A stretch of DNA of 63,675 nucleotides, the filler included, from Nemertoderma westbladi (taxonomy: Eukaryota > Animalia > Xenacoelomorpha), in the NCBI GenBank assembly GCA_032718475.1. It is 4 parts of 4 records of this genome, joined end to end, with 100 filler letters (N's around TTAATTAATTAA, not from the genome) between each part and the next. Parts side by side here need not be neighbours in the genome. Positions count along the whole stretch, not along the records: positions 47,946 to 59,455 come from JAUCBJ010008287.1; positions 59,556 to 63,675 come from JAUCBJ010008442.1; 2 more parts are not named here. The stretch is one strand, 5' to 3'. Each line of letters begins with the position of its first letter. Within the stretch, counting starts at the first letter, position 1. The translations under genes and the position numbers were made by a program. The notes below the pieces were generated by a model. It saw only the letters and a list, made by a program, of their open reading frames with translations. It was not told the origin of the DNA and ran no database searches. Of this stretch, positions 52,647 through 63,675 are shown piece by piece.

Positions 52647-55600
52647 TGTTATGTACTATAAGTCAGAAGAACAGTACTGGTATTATGTACTATAAGTCAG
52701 AAGAACAGTACTGGTATTATGTACTATAAATCAGAAGAACAGTACTGGTATTATGTACTATAACTCAGAAGAACAGTACTGGTATTATGTACTCTAAGTC
52801 AGAAGAACAGTACTGGTATTATGTACTATAAGTCAGAAGAACAGTACTGGTATTATGTACTATAACTCAGAAGAACAGTACTGGTATTATGTACTATAAG
52901 TCAGAAGAATATAGTACTGGTATTATGTACTATAAGTCAGAAGAACAGTACTGGTATTATGTACTATAACTCAGAAGAACAGTACTGGTATTATGTACTA
53001 TAAGTCAGAAGAACAGTACTTGTATTATGTACTATAAGTCAGAAGAACAGTACTGGTATTATGTACTATAACTCAGAAGAACAGTACTGGTATTATGTAC
53101 TATAAGTCAGAAGAACAGTACTGGTATTATGTACTATAAGTCAGAAGAACAGTACTGGTATTATGTACTATAACTCAGAAGAACAGTACTGGTATTATGT
53201 ACTATAAGTCAGAAGAACAGTACTTGTATTATGTACTATAAGTCAGAAGAACAGTACTGGTATTATGTACTATAACTCAGAAGAACAGTACTGGTATTAT
53301 GTACTATAAGTCAGAAGAACAGTACTGGTATTATGTACTATAAGTCAGAAGAACAGTACTGGTATTATGTACTATAACTCAGAAGAACAGTACTGGTATT
53401 ATGTACTATAAGTCAGAAGAACAGTACTGGTATTATGTACTATAAGTCAGAAGAACAGTACTGGTATTATGTACTATAAGTCAGAAGAACAGTACTGGTA
53501 TTATGTACTATAAGTCAGAAGAACAGTACTGGTATTATGTACTATAACTCAGAAGAACAGTACTGGTATTATGTACTATAAGTCAGAAGAACAGTACTTG
53601 TATTATGTACTATAAGTCAGAAGAACAGTACTGGTATTATGTACTATAAGTCAGAAGAACAGTACTGGTATTATGTACTATAAGTCAGAAGAACAGTACT
53701 GGTATTATGTACTATAACTCAGAAGAACAGTACTGGTATTATGTACTATAAGTCAGAAGAACAGTACTGGTATTATGTACTATAAGTCAGAAGAACAGTA
53801 CTGGTATTATGTACTATAAGTCAGAAGAACAGTACTGGTATTATGTACTATAAGTCAGAAGAACAGTACTGGTATTATGTACTATAACTCAGAAGAACAG
53901 TACTGGTATTATGTACTATAAGTCAGAAGAACAGTACTGGTATTATGTACTATAAGTCAGAAGAACAGTACTGGTATTATGTACTATAAGTCAGAAGAAC
54001 AGTACTGGTATTATGTACTATAACTCAGAAGAACAGTACTGGTATTATGTACTATAAGTCAGAAGAACAGTACTGGTATTATGTACTATAAGTCAGAAGA
54101 ACAGTACTGGTATTATGTACTATAACTCAGAAGAACAGTACTGGTATTATGTACTATAAGTCAGAAGAACAGTACTGGTATTATGTACTATAACTCAGAA
54201 GAACAGTACTGGTATTATGTACTATAAGTCAGAAGAACAGTACTGGTATTATGTACTATAAGTCAGAAGAACAGTACTGGTATTATGTACTATAACTCAG
54301 AAGAACAGTACTGGTATTATGTACTATAAGTCAGAAGAACAGTACTGGTATTATGTACTATAAGTCAGAAGAACAGTACTGGTATTATGTACTATAACTC
54401 AGAAGAACAGTACTGGTATTATGTACTATAAGTCAGAAGAACAGTACTGGTATTATGTACTATAAGTCAGAAGAACAGTACTGGTATTATGTACTATAAG
54501 CTCAGAAGAACAGTACTGGTATTATGTACTATAAGTCAGAAGAACAGTACTGGTATTATGTACTATAAGTCAGAAGAACAGTACTTGTATTATGTACTAT
54601 AAGTCAGAAGAACAGTACTGGTATTATGTACTATAACTCAGAAGAACAGTACTGGTATTATGTACTATAAGTCAGAAGAACAGTACTGGTATTATGTACT
54701 ATAAGTCAGAAGAACAGTACTGGTATTATGTACTATAAGTCAGAAGAACAGTACTGGTATTATGTACTATAAGTCAGAAGAACAGTACTGGTATTATGTA
54801 CTATAAGTCAGAAGAACAGTACTTGTATTATGTACTATAAGTCAGAAGAACAGTACTGGTATTATGTACTATAACTCAGAAGAACAGTACTGGTATTATG
54901 TACTATAAGTCAGAAGAACAGTACTGGTATTATGTACTATAAGTCAGAAGAACAGTACTTGTATTATGTACTATAAGTCAGAAGAACAGTACTGGTATTA
55001 TGTACTATAACTCAGAAGAACAGTACTGGTATTATGTACTATAAGTCAGAAGAACAGTACTGGTATTATGTACTATAAGTCAGAAGAACAGTACTTGTAT
55101 TATGTACTATAAGTCAGAAGAACAGTACTGGTATTATGTACTATAACTCAGAAGAACAGTACTGGTATTATGTACTATAAGTCAGAAGAACAGTACTTGT
55201 ATTATGTACTATAAGTCAGAAGAACAGTACTGGTATTATGTACTATAACTCAGAAGAACAGTACTGGTATTATGTACTATAAGTCAGAAGAACAGTACTT
55301 GTATTATGTACTATAAGTCAGAAGAACAGTACTGGTATTATGTACTATAACTCAGAAGAACAGTACTGGTATTATGTACTATAACTCAGAAGAACAGTAC
55401 TGGTATTATGTACTATAAGTCAGAAGAACAGTACTTGTATTATGTACTATAAGTCAGAAGAACAGTACTGGTATTATGTACTATAACTCAGAAGAACAGT
55501 ACTGGTATTATGTACTATAAGTCAGAAGAACAGTACTGGTATTATGTACTATAACTCAGAAGAACAGTACTGGTATTATGTACTATAAGTCAGAAGAACA

Positions 55601-58000
55601 GTACTGGTATTATGTACTATAACTCAGAAGAACAGTACTGGTATTATGTACTATAAGTCAGAAGAACAGTACTTGTATTATGTACTATAACTCAGAAGAA
55701 CAGTACTGGTATTATGTACTATAACTCAGAAGAACAGTACTGGTATTATGTACTATAAATCAGAAGAACAGTACTGGTATTATGTACTATAAGTCAGAAG
55801 AACAGTACTGGTATTATGTACTATAACTCAGAAGAACAGTACTGGTATTATGTACTATAACTCAGAAGAACAGTACTTGTATTATGTACTATAAGTCAGA
55901 AGAACAGTACTGGTATTATGTACTATAACTCAGAAGAACAGTACTGGTATTATGTACTATAAGTCAGAAGAACAGTACTGGTATTATGTACTATAACTCA
56001 GAAGAACAGTACTGGTATTATGTACTATAAGTCAGAAGAACAGTACTTGTATTATGTACTATAAGTCAGAAGAACAGTACTGGTATTATGTACTATAACT
56101 CAGAAGAACAGTACTGGTATTATGTACTATAAGTCAGAAGAACAGTACTGGTATTATGTACTATAAGTCAGAAGAACAGTACTGGTATTATGTACTATAA
56201 GTCAGAAGAACAGTACTGGTATTATGTACTATAAGTCAGAAGAACAGTACTGGTATTATGTACTATAAGTCAGAAGAACAGTACTTGTATTATGTACTAT
56301 AAGTCAGAAGAACAGTACTGGTATTATGTACTATAACTCAGAAGAACAGTACTGGTATTATGTACTATAAGTCAGAAGAACAGTACTTGTATTATGTACT
56401 ATAAGTCAGAAGAACAGTACTGGTATTATGTACTATAACTCAGAAGAACAGTACTGGTATTATGTACTATAAGTCAGAAGAACAGTACTGGTATTATGTA
56501 CTATAAGTCAGAAGAACAGTACTGGTATTATGTACTATAAGTCAGAAGAACAGTACTGGTATTATGTACTATAAGTCAGAAGAACAGTACTGGTATTATG
56601 TACTATAAATCAGAAGAACAGTACTGGTATTATGTACTATAACTCAGAAGAACAGTACTGGTATTATGTACTATAAGTCAGAAGAACAGTACTGGTATTA
56701 TGTACTATAAGTCAGAAGAACAGTACTGGTATTATGTACTATAAGTCAGAAGAACAGTACTGGTATTATGTACTATAAGTCAGAAGAACAGTACTGGTAT
56801 TATGTACTATAAGTCAGAAGAACAGTACTGGTATTATGTACTATAACTCAGAAGAACAGTACTGGTATTATGTACTATAAGTCAGAAGAACAGTACTGGT
56901 ATTATGTACTATAAGTCAGAAGAACAGTACTGGTATTATGTACTATAACTCAGAAGAACAGTACTGGTATTATGTACTATAAGTCAGAAGAACAGTACTG
57001 GTATTATGTACTATAAGTCAGAAGAACAGTACTGGTATTATGTACTATAAGTCAGAAGAACAGTACTGGTATTATGTACTATAAATCAGAAGAACAGTAC
57101 TGGTATTATGTACTATAACTCAGAAGAACAGTACTGGTATTATGTACTATAAGTCAGAAGAACAGTACTGGTATTATGTACTATAAGTCAGAAGAACAGT
57201 ACTGGTATTATGTACTATAACTCAGAAGAACAGTACTGGTATTATGTACTATAAGTCAGAAGAACAGTACTGGTATTATGTACTATAAGTCAGAAGAACA
57301 GTACTGGTATTATGTACTATAACTCAGAAGAACAGTACTGGTATTATGTACTATAAGTCAGAAGAACAGTACTGGTATTATGTACTCTAAGTCAGAAGAA
57401 CAGTACTTGTATTATGTACTATAAGTCAGAAGAACAGTACTGGTATTATGTACTATAACTCAGAAGAACAGTACTGGTATTATGTACTCTAAGTCAGAAG
57501 AACAGTACTTGTATTATGTACTATAAGTCAGAAGAACAGTACTGGTATTATGTACTATAAGTCAGAAGAACAGTACTGGTATTATGTACTATAAGTCAGA
57601 AGAACAGTACTTGTATTATGTACTATAAGTCAGAAGAACAGTACTGGTATTATGTACTATAACTCAGAAGAACAGTACTGGTATTATGTACTATAAGTCA
57701 GAAGAACAGTACTTGTATTATGTACTATAAGTCAGAAGAACAGTACTGGTATTATGTACTATAACTCAGAAGAACAGTACTGGTATTATGTACTATAAGT
57801 CAGAAGAACAGTACTGGTATTATGTACTATAAGTCAGAAGAACAGTACTGGTATTATGTACTATAAGTCAGAAGAACAGTACTGGTATTATGTACTATAA
57901 CTCAGAAGAACAGTACTGGTATTATGTACTATAAGTCAGAAGAACAGTACTGGTATTATGTACTATAAGTCAGAAGAACAGTACTGGTATTATGTACTAT
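52647..58000. repeat. 34-bp satellite (~157 units)
   Basis: Unit TATTATGTACTATAAGTCAGAAGAACAGTACTGG with two common variable sites. Confidence 0.97.
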
Positions 58001-59455
58001 TGTGACGGGATCATCCGGGGATGAACCCGATTTATCCGGTTTAGTTCACGCGTCCCCGCCGTATGAAAGAGTATAAAGTTGGAGTTACAGTTGTTCGTTA
58101 TATTCTGATTGTTGAGATACGATATAGATATAGATATAGGTTGATGGTATACACTAACATTAATGGCTGTCGGGATGGTAACTAAGATCCCGGTTCTTCC
58201 CTAATTGTAACTTACTGTACCACCAGTAACACTGAGATAACTGAGGTAATGTGATTACTGCTAACTGGTTATATCGCACGGTGGCCTAATTGCTACTCAA
58301 TCGGTGCCAGCCCCCCTCTGATTGGTTGCTACCCTTGTTGGCGCCCTTTGGGGTGTTCCCGTTCACCCCAGCTATTCTCTCCCTTGTCAGGATACTAACC
58401 CCTGACCCTTATTGTGCGCTTCCCCTTCCCATTCTGTTGGGGAGACACGAGTTGGTTTGGGACCTAATCTCGTGTCCCCCAATATTGCTTATTGGCTTAA
58501 CTTTGTGGAGTATTGGCGGGATTGAATAAGCTAACACTCCCCCCTATGCTATCTTCCCGGTGAAGATAGCATCAAACCTTAAAGTGCGTTACAATCCCGC
58601 TGGATCCCGATCTAACATCGGGCGTGGGGTGGAAATCTTTTCTTTTGGAGTCGGCTTTCCAGGCCGCTCCCTCTGGGTATGATAGCACTACCCTTTACGC
58701 CTGGCGTCCACGTCGGGCCGATCGCGCTCAACTCTCACACGATTTTTGTTTCCCCAACACTTTCGCCCTTATCTCTCACTCTACTCTCGGACTTCTCTGT
58801 CCCTTACTCAGCCTCTTACTCTTTCCCCACTCTAGGATTGCGCCCACACTCTTTCCGCACTCCGTTCCATTACTCTATCACCCAGTCCCACTCTGATTAC
58901 TCTACCTCCCCTGACGAATCTCCCCCCCCTTTTCGTGCGGCCACACTCAAGAAGTGTGAAATTGTCAGGTGTCTCGTCCATAGTCCCATAGTCAAGTTAG
59001 TCCCCCATTCCCAGTAGCTAGTTGAGAAAGGTTGTATGACTATTGTACTTACTCCAGACGTATGTATTTTATTGCTAATTATTACGTACGTACATACACG
59101 TATAATTGCACTTATATGATTATTTGGATTAATTAAATTTGCACTTAATAGTCTATGCTAGTCCCAGTTTTACTTCCTCGCCTCCTTGGAACCTATCTGT
59201 TCCCTCGGGGGTAGTTTCCCCTGGTGTCCTCTTCCCTGGGTCGTTTCTTTGTTATTACCGCTCCTTTGGGGTCCGCTTTGTGTTTCCGGACCTTTGCCGC
59301 CACTTCCCTGCTGATTCCGGTTGTTGGCTCCTTGGGCGCTGGCGTTATTAGTGCCCGATACCGCTTCGCAGGTGGTCCCTCAGAGTGACCCGGTTGCCTC
59401 CCTCTGGTGGCGTCCCATAGGATCGTCTTCATTGCTTGCGGAACATGTTCCGTCA
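58001..59455 (-). mobile_element. 3' end of an LTR retrotransposon abutting the satellite (LTR 58001-58536)
   Basis: TGT...ACA termini; minus-strand PPT AGGGGGGAG at 58537-58545; internal part has no recognisable domain and is cut by the gap. Confidence 0.7.
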
Positions 59456-59555
59456 NNNNNNNNNNNNNNNNNNNNNNNNNNNNNNNNNNNNNNNNNNNNT
59501 TAATTAATTAANNNNNNNNNNNNNNNNNNNNNNNNNNNNNNNNNNNNNNNNNNNN
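59456..59555. other. Artificial gap linker
   Basis: N44-TTAATTAATTAA-N44. Confidence 0.97.
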
Positions 59556-59633
59556 TTATAAACTGTTACTGTTCGACAGAACAGTATTAAACTGTATTTA
59601 ATGCTTACACTGCAATACAAGATAAACTGTTAC

Positions 59634-60876
59634 TGTTCGCGCTTTCGAAGACCTTTAGCAGTTTAACCTGCCAAAATTTATATGTCTTTTCGTTAATTAA
59701 AACCACTTTAGCATACGACAATAATTTATGCTAATACGCAAAACATTAGCCGAAGTCAGCCCATGCGCGATCATTCACCCGATGGATCTACACCCGGGAG
59801 ACTGAATTCGGATGCTTGAATTGTATTATTACAGTGTAAGGTTGCAGTGTATACCTAATGTATTATTCGATAGATCGTTAATAATTAATCTCTGACAGAT
59901 ATTATTGGCTTTCGGGAAATATTAACAGTTCCTTTAGGACGTGGCGCTTTATCTATTTAAACAGAACTAAGACTTATACTAAACGCAACGATACTGCTGC
60001 TGATTAAAGTATAAAACGTATTCTTTAGGAAATACTTTGTTACCAATCACAATCATACACACTATTCTGCCGACAGTCAGTATATTTGATCACACATAAA
60101 GAGAGCAGTAATTGACTCGCGTAGGGTCTGCTAAATAACATTGGATTCAATACACACCACATTAATATAAATCGCAATTGTTATTTATAGCCGGTCTCTC
60201 TAACCTGTAGTGTTATCAAGAAAATTGGGAATTGGGTGATTTATCCGTATTATCCAAATAGCGATATTTCCATCAACAAATATTTACAATTAATAACTGA
60301 CGGTAAAATAACAGTACAAACAATATGATTAATGAATTAGTGAGTGATTTAAGTCAGGATTGATGAGGTAACAGTTTATACTTTCGATAATTCAAGCAGT
60401 TTACGGTACAGCAGTATTGGTTACAAAATGCCGGTGTTTCTGGCTTAGACAGCAATAACAACAAAAGTAACAACTCTCTCTCTCTCTCTCTGTAAGACAG
60501 AACACTCTCCTTATGATCGGCAGGAAAGCTACACGTCGACAGGAAAAACCGCCCTGATTGGCCCAAGCCAAACAAAGAACCACGCGGCCAATGGCTGTTT
60601 CCATGTCAGCAACCAGCTGCTAGATGTCGTAATATGAATCATCACGGCTAAGCTGTGAAAGGTGGTTTGTGCATTACAAGTTTTTGTCTTACCATGTCCG
60701 CTAAAACACGTATATAGCAGAATGATTTTTATGTCCGTTAAAACACCTGTAAAGGTACCTTGCGGGCGAGGGGAATATATCTACAGTTAGAAAACCTTTT
60801 AGAGTATTCCAGCGCCTGTGGGGAAACTGGATTGCGAAGCAAAAGGGGCCAGTTATATCCCACAGAAGCTTTTACA
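59634..60876 (-). mobile_element. LTR (5' LTR) of long-LTR family, copy 3, inserted into BEL/Pao pol
   Basis: Minus strand starts TGTAAAAGCTTCTGTGGGAT, identical to 412-431; junction at 60876 interrupts the Pao RNase H. Confidence 0.8.
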
Positions 60877-62761
60877 CTAACTGAAACATTAGAGCGAGTC
60901 AAAAGATAAACTATTGTTCCATGTGCAGCTTCCGAAGCATCCGAAAATGCATGTAATTGTAATTGGAAACTTCCTACTGGATTGATTGATATTAGCCTTG
61001 GTATCTTAATCTCTCTCAAAATAGGCAATTCTGCCCTCCATTCCTGGAATACATTAATGAGTTCAATGGGTAGTTGAACATCCCACGCATAATTTTCCTT
61101 CCACAATATCTGTATAAGAATTTTTCCACGTATGGTATAAGGTGAAACAAATCCGAAAACATCATAAATTTGGGATATCTTGCTTAGGATTGTTCTCTTT
61201 GTGTGACAAACAATTTGTGTATCACTCAGAATTATGCTCATTGCAATAGATAACTCATCAGTTTCGAAATTCCAACTGATACCAAGTGTTTTGGTATCAT
61301 CAGTATTAGATTTATCATGATCTTTAAAATTCACAACAGGATCACTTAATCTATCTTTACTGGGAATAGCAGTTAATAATTTGGAGGAATTGGATCCAAA
61401 TTTTGTCAAATAATAACCTGCTAACTTAAATAGCTCACTGAGCTCGTTATAGCGATGTATTGCTTCATCATCATCTTCTGCACCACCAGCGAAGTCATCA
61501 ATATAGAAACTATATTTTGCTTCTGCAGTACCAAGTGGAAACAGGCTAACCATGTCTGTTCTTTCTAAGTGATAGATTCTTACCCTTTGAGCTAGATATG
61601 GGCAAGGTTTAACTCCAAACATTAAAGCGATCATACAAAATTTTGTAGTTTATTTTCTTTATTGTCCCTTCAGAAGTACTGCTGATAACGGTATTGATCT
61701 GGATCTAACTTTACTTGGCAAAACATTTTCCTAGTGTCCGCAACAATAGCAACTGGTTTAAAATGAAAACGAAGAAGAACCTTTGCAATGTCTGATTGTA
61801 AGCTAGGAACTGGTAACAAACATCCATTCAATGAGTTACCATTAATATCCTTGATACTTGCATTAAATACAATTCAAAGCTTGGTGGATGTACTAGATTC
61901 CCTTATCACAGGATGATGAGGTACAAAAAATTGTTCCTGTGAAGATAATATTTTCTCTTCTTCCTCCGACACTGGTCTCGAAAATCCAAGTTCAACATAC
62001 TCTTTGATTGCCTTTTGATAGGCCTTTTTCTCTACAGGTCTGATGTCTAATTTTTCTAACATTTTTCTTACACATGCTTCATTAGAAACAGAATCATGTC
62101 TGAAAGGCAATGATACTGTGTACCGTGAACTATCCACATCATATTGTCATGATGAAAGAAACAACTCTTCTACAAATTTTTCATCAGAAGTAAGAACATT
62201 TTTCTTATCATTAATTCCAATAGACTCAATCACTCAATAGTCCAAAACTTTTCAACAGTATTCAACAACTGTTGGTTAATGGCAACTTGAGTAAGAAAGC
62301 ACTTACTTTTACGTTTTCTAGATTTAAACTTATTATTAATTTGTCTCATATTTGGTCCACAAATTATGTAACCAAAAACTGTTCCAAGTGCACACGGCAT
62401 ATTATCTACATTCGGGTGTTTAATCACATCACCCGTAACAAATTTGAAATAATAATCAATCCCAATAAGTATATCAACTTCCTCGCTTTGATGGGTAAGT
62501 GACCCAGTTCTAGATCACGAAGATGAGTGCACTTGTACAAGTCGATCCTAATAGGTTCAACTGGCCTGCAAAAATCTGAAAAAGATGCAGCAGTCATGGT
62601 AAACTGCAAGTCTGGGTTTCCTATTGGGCAAAGAATGAATTCCACTATATCAGCCTTCTAATATTACGGAATGACGCCCGGCGTGGTGTGGTTGCCATAT
62701 AAGTTTTTGAAAGGACGTAGGGCTTAAGGGGTCTTAACACCACGAGTTAAAATAAATAGAG

Positions 62762-62804
62762 TTTGCCGACAGTCGTTTCACCCTCACGGGCTTCTTCAGG
62801 GCTA
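62762..62804 (-). ncRNA. Minimal type I hammerhead ribozyme (inverted copy)
   Basis: Reverse complement of 62935-62977. Confidence 0.8.
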
Positions 62805-62934
62805 ATATATAAAATGTTAAAGCAATACAATTATTTTAAAAAAGATACATACAGATATGATCTAGATATGATCTAGATAGATAAAGATATGTATCTTTTT
62901 TAAAATAATTGTATTGCTTTAACATTTTATATAT

Positions 62935-62977
62935 TAGCCCTGAAGAAGCCCGTGAGGGTGAAACGACTGTCGGCAAA
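62935..62977 (+). ncRNA. Minimal type I hammerhead ribozyme
   Basis: GCC-CTGAAGA-A-GCCC-GTGA-GGGT-GAAAC-GACT-GTC-GGC: both core boxes, GNRA-capped stem II, GUC site, very short stem III. Confidence 0.8.
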
Positions 62978-63675
62978 CTCTATTTATTTTAACTCGTGGT
63001 GTTAAGACCCCTTAAGCCCTACGTCCTTTCAAAAACTATATCAGCCTGTTCGATAATTGTAGAATTACCAAATCCAGTAACTTCGGTGATGCTTGTATTT
63101 TGAGTAATTTTATCAATTCCGAAAAGTGCTGATATGGTATGGGTGCCAGGAACTCCTCATATCTCGAATACTACTGGAGCTATTAAATTTGTATTTGTCT
63201 CATCTGAAAGAGGACATAATTTTAGTTAGGGACAAGTACTTTCGACGCGCTAGACCTATTGCTTCAGGGGTTCTATCTAAGAGAAATAAATGGCCCACTA
63301 AATTTAGGGGCTTTGCAGCAGCTTGGCGGTTCGTATCTATAGTAGGTCATGACCAACAAAGACATAGCCGGATGATCTACGATCTATAGCATATGTATAT
63401 CTGCCAATAATCAGCTTAAACGGATAACAAATAACGATAAAAATGAGGAGGAGGCATATGGGGAGGTTATTACTTGCATACATTTCGCCCTCGAGCGGCA
63501 GACTGGAGAACTGTAGACCAATTGCCAACCCCATAAACACACCGGATGTGTTATAGCACATCTGACAAGTTTCAGTCCGTAAGTTTTTTATTTATTCGCG
63601 ATTTTACTAGATTATACAAGCACAAACATTTTAAATTTAAGATGTTGTAGTGGTGTGATATCGCAGGATGCCACC

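Larger units (their letters stand above)
62657..63034. mobile_element. Penelope-like palindromic insertion (inverted pLTR pair) with 13-bp TSD
   Basis: 150-bp inverted repeat 62702-62851 / 62888-63037; ACTATATCAGCCT duplicated at 62644-62656 and 63035-63047; removal restores the Pao frame (EQADIVEFIL). Confidence 0.8.
60877..63110 (-). mobile_element. Decayed BEL/Pao pol (protease-RT-RNase H)
   Basis: ALGTVFGYIICG, RYTVSLPF, VPHHPVIRESSTSTKL, FGVKPCPYLA, YIDD, KTLGISW, TKRTILS, LHAFSDASEAAHG; stops and frameshifts. Confidence 0.92.

Noticed and set aside
52647-58000. CRISPR-like appearance of the 34-, 48- and 63-bp arrays
   Set aside because: Units are head-to-tail with no unique spacers, there are no cas genes, and the context is eukaryotic.
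63250-63340. Possible Gypsy integrase GPF motif (PKFSGPF) on the minus strand
   Set aside because: Too short and disrupted to support a feature.

Overview
Repeat-rich animal genomic DNA made of four segments joined by artificial 100-bp linkers (N44-TTAATTAATTAA-N44 at 29239-29338, 47846-47945, 59456-59555), so adjacency across the linkers is not established. Host genes seen: a six-exon innexin lacking an identifiable first exon (17615-25725 +; its motifs look ctenophore-like, which is inference), a lone protein-tyrosine-phosphatase exon, the C-terminus of a histone H3, and an intronless phosphatidylserine decarboxylase followed by two partial copies. Mobile DNA: a decayed Gypsy, a near-intact GalEa-type Copia, a decayed BEL/Pao, three copies of a ~1.2-kb LTR family (one upstream of a long orphan ORF), RTE-like and Proto2/RTEX-like LINE fragments, several TIR elements, a Penelope-type palindromic insertion with two hammerhead ribozymes, and four tandem arrays. 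Two observations stand out. First, the 3' half of the three diverged LTR copies folds into the same multi-stem RNA structure with compensatory changes and a possible pseudoknot closing at the LTR end, and no tRNA PBS is visible. Second, an innexin intron consists of 99 tandem 48-bp units that each read GT...CAG, repeating the exon/intron junction 99 times. All alignments and folds were done by eye.
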